64,000 bases of DNA from Nitrososphaeria archaeon (GCA_027078545.1 JALWXN010000004.1:14737-78736); one strand, 5' to 3'. Positions 48,929-59,567 are shown, counted from the stretch's first letter. Program-made: numbers and translations. The notes: a model not told the origin generated them from the letters alone.

Positions 48929-49973
48929 AGCCGTCGGGATAGATATGTGTCCTTGAAAACCTATAGCCAGAGGACGTAATAGCATCCCTAAGCCTAGACA
49001 TACTCGGCATAGGCTCTCCAATCTCTTTACACAGCTTTGATAAACGGTATAGCCCAATAATCGATGTATCCTCTTCACCAAGCCTGCTAAGAAATCTCTG
49101 GATCTCCCTACCAAGATATCGCCACCTATCGTCCTGAGCCTCTTCAACAATCCTGCCCACCAGACCAGCATCGATATACGGCCCTATCCAGAGGGGGCCC
49201 ACCACCCTCCCATCCGGTAGGCCCTCCCTCCCAGCATCACTAAGTGAGACCGCTTTCCAGCCCATATCCTCGTTATAGACGAGGAAACCCAGATAGTCAT
49301 GCCTCAACAGAGATCTACGCCTGTCCACCTCCAAATAGACACGAACGTAGTTATTCTCGAAGGTGGATAGGAGAGGCCTCGCCGAGAAGCCCATACGAAC
49401 AGCCGCCAACACACCCTCCCTCACAAGTATACGGATAGCCAACTCGTGGCAGACATCATCCCTATAATAGGCAGAGCCATATATCCTCTCCACACCACCC
49501 TCGACAACCTCACATAAGGTCATAAGATCAGTGGCTGTGAACACCAGGAGGCCCCGCCTCCCAAAGACCATAAGCCCCGAATGTAGATAGGGTAGAGGGG
49601 AGCCAAAGGGATCTATATCCACAATATCAATCTCCAGACCACCTAGAAGAGTTGGCAACGACCTAGCATCACCCATATAGACCGAGGCACTACCAGCCAA
49701 ACGGTTAAGAGATAGGTTCCGGATAACAGCTTCATAGGATCTGGGAGACGCGTCGACGAAATATCCATATCCAACAGGGGCCACCTCCAACAAATACCTG
49801 ATCCCCCGGATACCCGTACCTGCATGCGAATCTAGAAAAGTAACGTCGTCACGCCCACTGTAGTAAGTCTCTAGAAAGAGGACGGCCAGAGACCTATTTA
49901 GAGAGGCCCGAGGATTATAGAAGACACCCTCACTAACCTCTATCTCAGCCAGCCCCTCTCTTACCCTCTGCAT
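48873..49973 (-). CDS. trm1: tRNA (guanine26-N2)-dimethyltransferase Trm1
   Basis: FLDSHAGTGIRGIRY (SAM site) and the DIDPFGSP motif diagnostic of Trm1. 366 aa. Confidence 0.85.
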   Translation of the reverse strand: MQRVREGLAEIEVSEGVFYNPRASLNRSLAVLFLETYYSGRDDVTFLDSHAGTGIRGIRYLLEVAPVGYGYFVDASPRSYEAVIRNLSLNRLAGSASVYMGDARSLPTLLGGLEIDIVDIDPFGSPLPYLHSGLMVFGRRGLLVFTATDLMTLCEVVEGGVERIYGSAYYRDDVCHELAIRILVREGVLAAVRMGFSARPLLSTFENNYVRVYLEVDRRRSLLRHDYLGFLVYNEDMGWKAVSLSDAGREGLPDGRVVGPLWIGPYIDAGLVGRIVEEAQDDRWRYLGREIQRFLSRLGEEDTSIIGLYRLSKLCKEIGEPMPSMSRLRDAITSSGYRFSRTHIYPDGFRTDAPLSFLVDQISSLV

Positions 49974-50030
49974 AGCTTCTCAAACCCATTAACAGCTTAT
50001 TACCAGAACGGCCCAATAGAGTTTTACACC

Positions 50031-50576
50031 ATGATAAAAATATTTCTGACGGGAGACCCGGGAGTAGGGAAAACCACATGCGTCTCCAGGATATACGAGA
50101 CCCTAACCGCCTATGGCTACAAAACCTGTGGATTCATATCAAAAGAGATCAGGGAGGGTGGTGTAAGGAAAGGCTTCGAACTAATATCGCTGCCCGACGG
50201 TAAGAGAGAGATACTGGCCCACGTCGAGATAGATAGCCCAGTAAAGATTGGAAAGTATAGGGTTAACATAGCAGGGTTCGAGAGATTCCTAGACGAGATT
50301 ATGGGTCAGGAGGACTGCGACCTATACATCATAGACGAGGTAGGCCCCATGGAGATAGCATCAAACAAATTCCTCCGCTACATAGAGACTATCCTAGAGA
50401 GGGATGAGCCAGCAGTAATAACTATCCACGTCACACTCTCCAAACAACTCGGGAAGAGGTTCAAGACCAGCAAGCCAAACATACTCTACAGGATAACAAG
50501 AGAGAACAGGGACAGCATGCCCCTAATCATATGGAGAGACCTAAACAGATACCTAGCCAAGAAGAAGGAGAGATGA
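50031..50576 (+). CDS. nucleoside-triphosphatase THEP1-family (P-loop NTPase)
   Basis: MIKIFLTGDPGVGKTTCV Walker A, YIIDEVGPME Walker B. About 180 aa. Confidence 0.75.
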   Translation: MIKIFLTGDPGVGKTTCVSRIYETLTAYGYKTCGFISKEIREGGVRKGFELISLPDGKREILAHVEIDSPVKIGKYRVNIAGFERFLDEIMGQEDCDLYIIDEVGPMEIASNKFLRYIETILERDEPAVITIHVTLSKQLGKRFKTSKPNILYRITRENRDSMPLIIWRDLNRYLAKKKER

Positions 50577-51244
50577 TCCACATAGGAGTAGATGAAGCGG
50601 GTAGAGGGGCTGTTATAGGCCCCCTAGTAATAGCCCTAGCAACATTTAAAGACAAGAAGCTGGAGACACTATCCACATTAGTAACGAAAGACTCAAAGGG
50701 ATACACACGAAGGAGGAGAGAGGAGCTATACGAACACATAGTGGCAAGCGCCGACTATATATCCACGAGGATGCTATTACCCAGCGAGCTTAACCAGCTA
50801 ATGTGTAGAGGCATAAGCTTAAACATAATAGAGCTAAGAATCGTCAGTGAGCTGATAAAGGGAGCACTGGAGAGGACAGGTGGGAACGCCACAGCCTACA
50901 TAGACTCGATGACCACAAGGGAGATACAGTGTAAAACATTCATCCTCTCCAGGATATCTAGGAGCGGCGTGAAGATCATCTGTGAACATGGAGCCGACGC
51001 CAAGTACCCAGTTGTAAGAGCCGCAAGCATCATAGCCAAGGTGATACGCGACAGAGCCATAGACACACTGGAGGAGAGATATGGAGACCTAGGGAGTGGA
51101 TACCCATCAGACCCAAGAACCATAGAAGCATTGAAGAGACTGGCCCAGGAACTGGATAAGGAGGAACTTGGAAGTATTGTCAGGTTAAAGTGGAAAACTG
51201 TTAAAAGGATTATTGGAGAATGGGGATGTGGCTCAGAAGAATAA
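50573..51244 (+). CDS. rnhB: ribonuclease HII
   Basis: MIHIGVDEAGRGAVIGPLVIA is the canonical RNase HII N-terminus including the DEAGRG catalytic motif. The ATG at 50573 overlaps the preceding stop (ATGA). Confidence 0.9.
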   Translation: MIHIGVDEAGRGAVIGPLVIALATFKDKKLETLSTLVTKDSKGYTRRRREELYEHIVASADYISTRMLLPSELNQLMCRGISLNIIELRIVSELIKGALERTGGNATAYIDSMTTREIQCKTFILSRISRSGVKIICEHGADAKYPVVRAASIIAKVIRDRAIDTLEERYGDLGSGYPSDPRTIEALKRLAQELDKEELGSIVRLKWKTVKRIIGEWGCGSEE

Positions 51245-51879
51245 TTGGGGGCAGGGGAAACGATATCTACACTATACTACATCAACACCTCCAGCTATCC
51301 ATAGAAGCACTACACCACCTAATCTCACTCATGGAGAATGAGGACTATACAGCAGTGGAAAAGATAGAGCAGATAGAGAAGAGATGTGACAAACTGGCAT
51401 ACAAAGCCACACGCCTAGCCGTAGAAGGCGCACTCCCAATACTGGCGCTGCACAGCATAATCAGGATGATAGACGACATAGATGCGATCACCGACAAGAT
51501 ACTCTTCCTAGCCCGAGAGATAACCAGATACACTAGACACGTTGGAAGGATAGAGAAGGAGCTGATAGAGGGACTCATAGAGAACGCGGGACACACGGTG
51601 AAGATACTCGAATCACTAGCCCAGCTACTACACGGGGCGGCTAACAACGCAACCTACGAAGAACTCCTAAGGATGAGGGACACCATAGAAGAGGAGGAGG
51701 AGTCTGGAGACGAGTATAAAGACAAGATTCTGAACCTACTCTACACCCTCCACAGAGACGTATCTGGGCGGGAATTCATAATCCTGAGACAATTGATACT
51801 AACTCTCGACGATGTCGAGGACCTCTCCGAGGACGTGGCCAACCAGCTAATCATAATAAAATCAGTCCTCGAGATGTAG
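51220..51879 (+). CDS. DUF47 / PhoU-like protein (putative phosphate-transport regulator)
   Basis: About 215 aa and helical. It is immediately followed by a PiT-like permease, the conserved DUF47-PiT pairing. Confidence 0.55.
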   Translation: MGMWLRRIIGGRGNDIYTILHQHLQLSIEALHHLISLMENEDYTAVEKIEQIEKRCDKLAYKATRLAVEGALPILALHSIIRMIDDIDAITDKILFLAREITRYTRHVGRIEKELIEGLIENAGHTVKILESLAQLLHGAANNATYEELLRMRDTIEEEEESGDEYKDKILNLLYTLHRDVSGREFIILRQLILTLDDVEDLSEDVANQLIIIKSVLEM

Positions 51880-51882
51880 AGG

Positions 51883-52791
51883 GTGGATAAGCCAGTGTAT
51901 ACAGAGCCCTTAATAGCCCTCTCAATACTACTGATAACAGCCAACAATATGGGGATCGTCAAGGACTACCTGAAGCTCTCAGGAGTACTACCAAGGAAAT
52001 ACGCTGGACACATAGTTATCATACCCGTGATGACAGGGCTACTCCTAGAGGGCTCCAAACTAACGGAGTATGGATATAGACTCGGGCTGGACATAGAGAC
52101 GAGGGTAATCCTAATAACCATAATAGCCTCGATATTCGCACTGGGCACCATACTCAGGATACCCACATCAGCCACACTGATAACCGTCGGCGCCACCATG
52201 GGAATAATAGCCTATTACAACCTACCAATAGACACCCAATACCTAACCAACATATTCGCCGGATGGATTATCGGGGGCGTAGGAGCCATAGTCCTGGCCT
52301 ACCTCCTCTACAGAAGCTCAGCCATGATACCTGGATATATAGCTAGGAGGATAGCCGTCATACCCACCTTACTAGTAGGCTACGTATTCGGGGCCAACAC
52401 CCTAGGGCTAATAGCGTATCTAGACCCTGAGATAGCCCCTACAGACCTCCTGATCTACATATCCGCAATAGTCATCGGGGTATGGATACCCCTGGGAAGG
52501 GTTGGAGAGGAGGTCTCAAAACTACTGTATGGATACACGGTGAAGACCTACCTATCCATCCTCGCAGGGACATCCCTCATAATAGAGGCGGCCCACAACG
52601 CAGCGATACCCATGCCCCTATCAAGCCTCCTCACACTATCGTCCCTAGGCCCAATACTCGGGAGGGAGACGATCATGGTAAACACCAGCCACATAACGAA
52701 GAGCATAATCTTCTGGATCTCGACAGTTATAGCGACACCGATCCTCGTATACACAGGCCTGATAATCCTCAACCAGATATTCTCTTCCTAG
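51883..52791 (+). CDS. PiT-family-like inorganic phosphate permease (divergent)
   Basis: A 302-aa polytopic membrane protein with two degenerate GANDVAN-like repeats (ITANNMGIV and VFGANTLGLIAY) and pairing with DUF47. The assignment is tentative. Confidence 0.4.
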   Translation: MDKPVYTEPLIALSILLITANNMGIVKDYLKLSGVLPRKYAGHIVIIPVMTGLLLEGSKLTEYGYRLGLDIETRVILITIIASIFALGTILRIPTSATLITVGATMGIIAYYNLPIDTQYLTNIFAGWIIGGVGAIVLAYLLYRSSAMIPGYIARRIAVIPTLLVGYVFGANTLGLIAYLDPEIAPTDLLIYISAIVIGVWIPLGRVGEEVSKLLYGYTVKTYLSILAGTSLIIEAAHNAAIPMPLSSLLTLSSLGPILGRETIMVNTSHITKSIIFWISTVIATPILVYTGLIILNQIFSS

Positions 52792-55345
52792 TAAGGATGC
52801 CGAACACTATGCCCATCAGCAATGCCGGTACCAGCCATACGAGATATGTACCGATGAGATCCTCCCTAACCCTGATCGAGAGATCAAGCTCTGCCACATC
52901 AGTTACCTCCTCGTCGACAAAGTTGTAGACATACTCCACCTCACCAACCCTGTAGATCCCCGGCCTCACACCCTTCACAGCAATAGCTACACTCCTAGGG
53001 ACATCACCCACGACTATATAGCCATCAACCGTCTCGTTCACCAGCTCCAGACCCTCTGGAAGATCGATCCTCATCCTGAGATCACTATATACAGAGCTAT
53101 TGTCAACCTCTAGAACTAGCTTCACAACACCTTCCTCCCCACTCCCCAGAACCACCTCAGGCTCCGCCACCGTCACCTCTATCCCGTTGAACACCTTGAC
53201 AGGAGCCAGCTCCACATCGCTAAACTGGTTCTTACCTAGGAATGTATATGTAAACCTTGCCGCGGGCAGCTCAAAGTCGCCAATAGTAAACACTGTAAGA
53301 TTTACAGTCACCACCTCCTCACTGGTAGGCGGGACCTCGGCAGCGGCATATTCATCAGGGAGGAGAGACGCATCCTCAACAAGCTCACTCCAAGCCATGG
53401 AAAGATTGAAGATTGGGATAGGCCCCTTGTTGGAGACTACGATATCGAATGTATAGCTCCTATCCTTAATGATAAACTCACGATAACCTCTAACATCGAA
53501 GGATAGGACATTCTCGAAGTAGTTGAGCTCCGTCACATATAGAAGTATATCCCCTAGAACAACCCTAGCCTGGGGAGCCAGCGATATTATCGACTCGGGA
53601 TAGGTGACGTTGAGCGTAACCGTATATATCTCTTCAGGGCCTATGATCTCAGGAGTGAATACATAGTAGACATCCTCAAGAACATAGTCATCACTCACAT
53701 TAACCAACTGGCCTCCAAACAGCCTAAGCAGTATCTTGAGATTTGAGACCGGCTCAGGACCATCATTCCTGATGGAGACCTCATAAGTGGCTAGTGTATC
53801 ATTGACCTTCTTCTGACTCATCTCCACATTAATTATAGCGAGTCTATAGGCCGTCAACTCAGGCTGATATTCAATAGCCATAGATGATACGTTGAACCTC
53901 TCACCCTCGAAGACATACTCAGCCTCTACAACCAGCTCCTTAACAATCTCCCCATCACCAAACAGGACTAGGGACTCGTTAATCCTAACATCCTCCCCAG
54001 GATCGAGGGTGCCCAAGACAAACCCTGCGAAGATAACGTTGCTAGCTGGAGCCTCTCCATTATTACTAATCCTAGCGATGTAGTTAAGCTTTCCACCGAG
54101 ATTTAAGTTGGAATCCCCTCTTATCTCCAACCCCATATCGATAATAGGGGCCTCCTTGTTCAGATGTATCACATTACTGTTGGACTTGATCAACAGGGTC
54201 TTACCACCTAGAAACTCCAGAGTTGCTATGGCTGGTGGGACATTAACCACCGATTCCTCGGTAGACGTGATATTTACCACATACCTGATTAGTTCGCTAC
54301 CACCAGCTCCGAGCGCATCTATAGTGACATTTGGCTCACCATCTATTAGGACACCTATACCAGACCACCAACTCGGCTCGGATACCGATATGTTTACCAA
54401 GGTAGATCCGAAGCTAGGTATAGACGCGTTAAGAACAACCTCCACGACTGTCCCGGCAGAGAAACTAGTCACATTGAAACTTCTGTGGAGAAGTAGGATC
54501 GGTGTCGAGACAAACATGTTTATCCTGAAGGCTGTTGGGTTCTTGATAGACTTAGCATCACCTATGTCGAATACATAAGTATCCGACTCGGGGTCATAGG
54601 TGTAACTTACATTTTCAGGAATATCGGCGACATATGTCTTAAGGATGGATAGTCTGAGATAGGATGACACCCCCTCTGTCTCCTTATAGGGAGCGGCAGT
54701 TGATAGGAGACCAGAGAGTCTCCATGTATTCTCACTAAAGGCTACGGTCCTAAAGACGAACTCCCTATAAATGGTTTCCCCATTATCCTCTACAGTCATA
54801 ACCATACCCAACGCATCGGCCGAGAGAGCTAGTGCCAAGGGGTCGAGCCAATCTAAGAACGGAGTATAATTCCCCTCCTCCAGTAGGTTTTGGAAGAAGC
54901 TTAACATGATGTTCCTATCAGCATATCCAACATACCTATCCCCAACAAGAACCAATTTAGTCATAAAGATCCTCTCAAGCCGAGGCATTAAGGAGGACGC
55001 CAACCCAGGATTCTCGATGGATATATAGACATACGTGGTAGGGAACTCGAAGTAGTTCTTGAAGGACGTGTTAAGCTCTAGGAAATAAAGATATGCATCG
55101 TCCCAACTCCTAACGAAGAACATACCTATCTCTACACCAGCAAGATCCTCAGTGTCTAGAACACTTCTAAGAGACTCTCCAAGCACCCTATAATTCCTTA
55201 TCTCAAGCTCCGCATAGGCATACTTACCCATGACATATACATCCATGTACTCCTCAATATCGCCCTGAGACGCTACCAGCCTAACACCAGCACCCATCAA
55301 TATCAAGAGCATGAGAAGGGCTACGACAAAATAACTCCTCGTCAT
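52769..55345 (-). CDS. large extracellular / surface (S-layer-associated?) protein with N-terminal signal peptide and C-terminal TM anchor
   Basis: Signal-like N-terminus MTRSYFVVALLMLLILMGAGVRLVASQG and C-terminal anchor LVWLVPALLMGIVFGILTRKRISG. 858 aa, beta-rich, with more than 20 N-x-S/T sequons. An upstream TATA-like element (revcomp tttatatatcc) lies at about 55395-55405. Confidence 0.6.
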   Translation of the reverse strand: MTRSYFVVALLMLLILMGAGVRLVASQGDIEEYMDVYVMGKYAYAELEIRNYRVLGESLRSVLDTEDLAGVEIGMFFVRSWDDAYLYFLELNTSFKNYFEFPTTYVYISIENPGLASSLMPRLERIFMTKLVLVGDRYVGYADRNIMLSFFQNLLEEGNYTPFLDWLDPLALALSADALGMVMTVEDNGETIYREFVFRTVAFSENTWRLSGLLSTAAPYKETEGVSSYLRLSILKTYVADIPENVSYTYDPESDTYVFDIGDAKSIKNPTAFRINMFVSTPILLLHRSFNVTSFSAGTVVEVVLNASIPSFGSTLVNISVSEPSWWSGIGVLIDGEPNVTIDALGAGGSELIRYVVNITSTEESVVNVPPAIATLEFLGGKTLLIKSNSNVIHLNKEAPIIDMGLEIRGDSNLNLGGKLNYIARISNNGEAPASNVIFAGFVLGTLDPGEDVRINESLVLFGDGEIVKELVVEAEYVFEGERFNVSSMAIEYQPELTAYRLAIINVEMSQKKVNDTLATYEVSIRNDGPEPVSNLKILLRLFGGQLVNVSDDYVLEDVYYVFTPEIIGPEEIYTVTLNVTYPESIISLAPQARVVLGDILLYVTELNYFENVLSFDVRGYREFIIKDRSYTFDIVVSNKGPIPIFNLSMAWSELVEDASLLPDEYAAAEVPPTSEEVVTVNLTVFTIGDFELPAARFTYTFLGKNQFSDVELAPVKVFNGIEVTVAEPEVVLGSGEEGVVKLVLEVDNSSVYSDLRMRIDLPEGLELVNETVDGYIVVGDVPRSVAIAVKGVRPGIYRVGEVEYVYNFVDEEVTDVAELDLSIRVREDLIGTYLVWLVPALLMGIVFGILTRKRISG

Positions 55346-55416
55346 CGCCTAAGCACCGTCTGGCCCTGCGTTGATTTGGTATAATATTTTCGGAGGAGAG
55401 GATATATAAAGAGGGA

Positions 55417-56406
55417 TCAGTCCTCCGGATCAGTCACACCCTTCTCCGTAATGGCGAAGACAGCCTCACCAGGCGGGTGTTCAGGACTATCTATTATCGA
55501 GGCGATCCTCAGATTCGGCCTCTTAGACTTCTTCAGATAAATCCTATACGTCACGGCATGGGCTACGACGTGCCCCCCGATAGGCTTGGTGGGATCTCCA
55601 AAGATGACGTCTGGCCTCTCCTGAACCTGATTAGTAATAACGACCGCCACATCATAGACCTCCGCAATCCTGACCAGATCATGCATAAACCTATTTAGAA
55701 GCTGCTGCCTCTCACTCAGCCTACCCCTACCTAGATACTCAGCTCTAAAAGGCCCTACAGCACTATCTATCGCTATAAAGCCAACATCATACTTCTTGAT
55801 AAGCTCCGGAAGTTTCTTAACCATGTTGAGAAGGATCACCGTGTTGTAGGGAGTACCCACTATTATCCTCTTCAACACTTCGTTCGGATCCAGTCCACGG
55901 TGATAGGCGATCTCCGTTATACGGTCGGGGCTAAACGTATTCTCAGTATCGATGTATATAGCACCCTTACCAAGCCCACCCTGCTCCTCCGGCAGCTGGA
56001 CGTTCACAGCGAGGGTGTGGCATATCTGGGTCTTACCACTGCCAAACTCACCATAGAATTCTGTGACAGCCTGTGTAGCTATGCCACCCTTCAACAGCTC
56101 ATCCAGGTTGTGGGATCCCGTGGTTATATATTTACGGGCCTTCCTCCGCTCCATAATGTCCGAGGCAGAGGCGAAGTCTGGCGGAGCTAGACCCAGATCC
56201 TTAAGCCTCTCATAAGCCTGGAGAACCAGCTTCTCCGCACGCTCAACAGGAATCCCCGTCAACTCCGATATGTATATGGGGGAGTAGAGCATCAGATCCT
56301 GGATAGTATTTATACCGGCCTCCCTAAGCTTCTTAGCCGTTACATCACCTACTCCCTTAAGACTAGAGACATCCAACATCTCATCAAACTCGATCTCGCC
56401 AGTCAT
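55417..56406 (-). CDS. radA: DNA repair and recombination protein RadA
   Basis: An N-terminal HhH domain (LKGVGDVTAKKLREAGINTIQDL), then Walker A EFYGEFGSGKTQ and a RecA fold. 329 aa. Confidence 0.95.
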   Translation of the reverse strand: MTGEIEFDEMLDVSSLKGVGDVTAKKLREAGINTIQDLMLYSPIYISELTGIPVERAEKLVLQAYERLKDLGLAPPDFASASDIMERRKARKYITTGSHNLDELLKGGIATQAVTEFYGEFGSGKTQICHTLAVNVQLPEEQGGLGKGAIYIDTENTFSPDRITEIAYHRGLDPNEVLKRIIVGTPYNTVILLNMVKKLPELIKKYDVGFIAIDSAVGPFRAEYLGRGRLSERQQLLNRFMHDLVRIAEVYDVAVVITNQVQERPDVIFGDPTKPIGGHVVAHAVTYRIYLKKSKRPNLRIASIIDSPEHPPGEAVFAITEKGVTDPED

Positions 56407-56460
56407 CCCAATCCCAGTATAATGTCTATTAGATGAAATAAATGGGGTAGATCAGTGAAA

Positions 56461-57768
56461 CTATGGATAAAGCCTGCTTGGGGTCCGTGGAAAGAGTGTG
56501 GCATCCCTAACATGGGGCAGCTTCAAGAGCCATCTAAGCAGCCTCTCAACACCCAAGCCAAAGCCTGAGTGGGGAGGCATCCCAAACCTTCTAAGATCTA
56601 GATACCACCCATAATCCTCAGGATCCAGTCCAAACTCAATGATCTTACGCCTAAGAGCCTCGTACTCATGGATCCTCTGACCCCCAGAAGTAATTTCTCC
56701 ATAGCCCTCAGGAGCCATTAGATCAGATGATAGGGTTACCTCGGGTCTAGATGGATCATTCATATGATAGAAGCTCCTAGTTAATACGGGGAACCCTGTT
56801 ACAAAGAAGGGGGTCTCAAACTCCATGCTTAGTACACGCTCCTCATCAGCCCCGAAGTCGTCACCCCAGCTAATCTCAACACCCTTGGAGTTGAGAATCT
56901 CAATCGCCTCGTCATAAGTTATCCTTGGGAAACGATCGTCATAGACGGGTAGTGGGGACCCCCTCACAGCCCTAATCTCCTCCTCATAATTCTCAGATAG
57001 GAATCTGATGATATGCTTCACCAACTCCTCCTCCACATCCATTATATCATCATGCTCCATGAAGGCGGCCTCCGCCTCTATATGGAGGAACTCGGTAAGA
57101 TGCTTCCTAGTCCTAGACTTCTCCGCCCTGAAACTAGGCTGTATAACAAATACCCTCTCAAACACACAGATGGCTGCCTCCTCATAGAACTGACTACTCT
57201 GGGTGAGATACGCCTCCCTATCGAAATATTTGAGCTTGAATAGCGTAGCACCACCCTCCACAGCCGCCGTTATAAAGGTGGGCGCGGTTATAAACACGAA
57301 ATGATTCTCGGTGAAATACTGGAAGGCGGCCCTGACAACACCGTCCCTAATAGCCATAACGGCCCTACTCTTAGGCCCCCTAATCGTAAGATGCCTCATG
57401 TCAAACATGGCTTCAGGCGATTTAGCAACATCCTTGGTTATAGGCCATACATCGGATGGAGCTATGACCTCCACTCTATCTACATGTACCTCCGCACCTC
57501 TAGGAGCCCTCTCATCCCTCTTAACAATCCCCTCTACATAGACTGCAGACTCAAGATTTAGGCGCGAGGCTGTGTCAAAAGCCTCTGGCGACCTGGCCTT
57601 ACTAACCACTAGCTGGATATATCCATACCTATCCCTTAGGGAGAGGAACGCCTTATCCCTATGAACCCTCTTGGAGGCTATCCAGCCTAATAACCTAACC
57701 GTAGAGCCCTCCTCGAGCCTAGGCACATCCCTCGTAAATGCGTTACGCATTGAGAGAAATCTACTCAT
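56461..57768 (-). CDS. class IIb aminoacyl-tRNA synthetase, Asn/Asp-type (leans asparaginyl-tRNA synthetase)
   Basis: An N-terminal OB anticodon-binding domain, then motif 2/3 with a C-terminus FGMPPHSGFGLGVERLLRWLL..VRDATLFPRTPSRL. QSSQ replaces the AspRS QSPQ flipping loop. 435 aa. Confidence 0.8.
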   Translation of the reverse strand: MSRFLSMRNAFTRDVPRLEEGSTVRLLGWIASKRVHRDKAFLSLRDRYGYIQLVVSKARSPEAFDTASRLNLESAVYVEGIVKRDERAPRGAEVHVDRVEVIAPSDVWPITKDVAKSPEAMFDMRHLTIRGPKSRAVMAIRDGVVRAAFQYFTENHFVFITAPTFITAAVEGGATLFKLKYFDREAYLTQSSQFYEEAAICVFERVFVIQPSFRAEKSRTRKHLTEFLHIEAEAAFMEHDDIMDVEEELVKHIIRFLSENYEEEIRAVRGSPLPVYDDRFPRITYDEAIEILNSKGVEISWGDDFGADEERVLSMEFETPFFVTGFPVLTRSFYHMNDPSRPEVTLSSDLMAPEGYGEITSGGQRIHEYEALRRKIIEFGLDPEDYGWYLDLRRFGMPPHSGFGLGVERLLRWLLKLPHVRDATLFPRTPSRLYP

Positions 57769-57774
57769 AGTAAA

Positions 57775-58905
57775 TCAAATTGAGACAGTCTCGATTAAAG
57801 CGTTTATAGCACCCTCGATACCACCAGTCTCTAAAGCCACATCCCGTATATCCAAGACCCTAGATACATACTCATCCACGTTGTTGACCAGATCAACAAC
57901 CATCCCTACAACATGATCAGGGTCTAGCGAGAGGGTCTGGTAGGGGACAAGCCTACCTATACCTAGCCTCTCTACTGAGAGACCATTATTCTCCTGCTCG
58001 GTCTGTCTTGGAGCAGGGGAGACTAGCATGGGTACACCCGACATTATAGACTCTAAGATAGCAGTCTGTCCACCCCTCAGAAAGACGGCCCTACTCCTCC
58101 TAATATATTCCAACGCGTCTGGAACCCAACCCAACATCCTCACTCCATCATAGGCCCCCTTCAACCTACTATCCCCGATCACTACAATATTGAGACCCCT
58201 ACTCCTCAACCGCTTCACCAATCTCAGGATTGAGACCATATATCTAACCCTATCCCCTGAAGGAGCGCTAACTACTATAGTCAGATCTATGTCCCTCTGG
58301 CCAATAGGCACGACACTATACCTGGTTAGGTCGTCAAGGAGCCCCGTAAACACTACACGCTCCCTAAACATGTGTAGGAAGGGCACTATTGTCCCGTATG
58401 ATATAGTGTAGGGAGGGGGGAGATCAGTGACTAATATTTTTTCGGCCAAGCCCCATATCTTATTAAACAATTTCGATACGATACGCCTCGACATCCAGTT
58501 AAGAGTGAAGATGGATAGCTGATTCGTTATCAAGACACTGGGGACGCCGAGGTATGACGAGGCTACCAAGGTAGATGGGCGGGAATCCGAGATAACCAGA
58601 TCGGGTGAGAACTCCTTGATACACTCCACCTCCTCCACAATCCTCTTTACAGCCAGTCTACCACTGAAGAGGGAATAGACAATAGTAGCGCCCCAGTCCA
58701 GCCCCTTATCACTCCATGCATAGTCATAACCATATACCTGATGTACCCTCTCCTCCCCCAGATACTTCCTAAGCACCTCCACCCCGTCTCCATAGGAAGA
58801 TGTTAAGACGTCGATACCCAGATCGAGGAGCCGTCTAGCGAGGCGGGACGACCTCATCGCATGACCTCTACCAACACCACTCACACCTATGTAGACACGC
58901 TTCAT
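57775..58905 (-). CDS. GT-B fold glycosyltransferase (UDP-glycosyltransferase/MGT-like, GT1/GT28-type)
   Basis: An N-terminal GVGRGHAMRSSRLARRL acceptor-domain motif and a C-terminal nucleotide-sugar-binding half. 376 aa. Confidence 0.65.
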   Translation of the reverse strand: MKRVYIGVSGVGRGHAMRSSRLARRLLDLGIDVLTSSYGDGVEVLRKYLGEERVHQVYGYDYAWSDKGLDWGATIVYSLFSGRLAVKRIVEEVECIKEFSPDLVISDSRPSTLVASSYLGVPSVLITNQLSIFTLNWMSRRIVSKLFNKIWGLAEKILVTDLPPPYTISYGTIVPFLHMFRERVVFTGLLDDLTRYSVVPIGQRDIDLTIVVSAPSGDRVRYMVSILRLVKRLRSRGLNIVVIGDSRLKGAYDGVRMLGWVPDALEYIRRSRAVFLRGGQTAILESIMSGVPMLVSPAPRQTEQENNGLSVERLGIGRLVPYQTLSLDPDHVVGMVVDLVNNVDEYVSRVLDIRDVALETGGIEGAINALIETVSI

Positions 58906-59567
58906 ACCAACACCTTCTCCACGACCTTCCCCCTAGGCTCAACCTCCTCAAATACCTGGGCCTGGAAGACGTATATCCTAGCCTTTCTATCCAGCCATAC
59001 ATCGGGTGTAAGCCCAGCCTTCATAGCTAGATGAGAGAGATACTCCTCAGGCGACCAACCAAACTCAACCGGGACCTGTGGAAGTAGGAGGGCTGAATAA
59101 GGCCCATATTCCAGGATCAACCCATCCCTACCTATCCTAATCATGGAGGGCAACTCCAAGGGATTCCTTGGAGATAGGAGGCGGGGAGGGGTTAAGACCG
59201 ACACTTCAAAGACAACATTATCCAGCTCATCCCTAGACATGGGCTCAAACCTGGGATCATTGAAGGCTGAGCTTAGAGCACTCTTAACCACGGCCTCACA
59301 CAGGGGCATAGGTGCATCGACATATCCTATACAACCACGGAGCTCATGGGATGGATAGAGATATATAGAGGTGAAAACGCCCCTCTTAACCTTGAACCTC
59401 TCATAACTACAAGCCTCCTTATAAAGATCAGAACTCCTCAGATCCATACCATCAAAACTATACTCTACGGCCTGCCTAGCAAGGGCCACAAGCTTAGCTC
59501 CCTCCTCCAATGAATATCGAGTATCATCCCCACTCATAGACCTACCCACACCCCTCCCACCACACAA
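58902..59567 (-). CDS. AMMECR1-domain protein
   Basis: The LRGCIGYV motif is characteristic of AMMECR1. About 200 aa. Confidence 0.8.
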   Translation of the reverse strand: MCGGRGVGRSMSGDDTRYSLEEGAKLVALARQAVEYSFDGMDLRSSDLYKEACSYERFKVKRGVFTSIYLYPSHELRGCIGYVDAPMPLCEAVVKSALSSAFNDPRFEPMSRDELDNVVFEVSVLTPPRLLSPRNPLELPSMIRIGRDGLILEYGPYSALLLPQVPVEFGWSPEEYLSHLAMKAGLTPDVWLDRKARIYVFQAQVFEEVEPRGKVVEKVLV

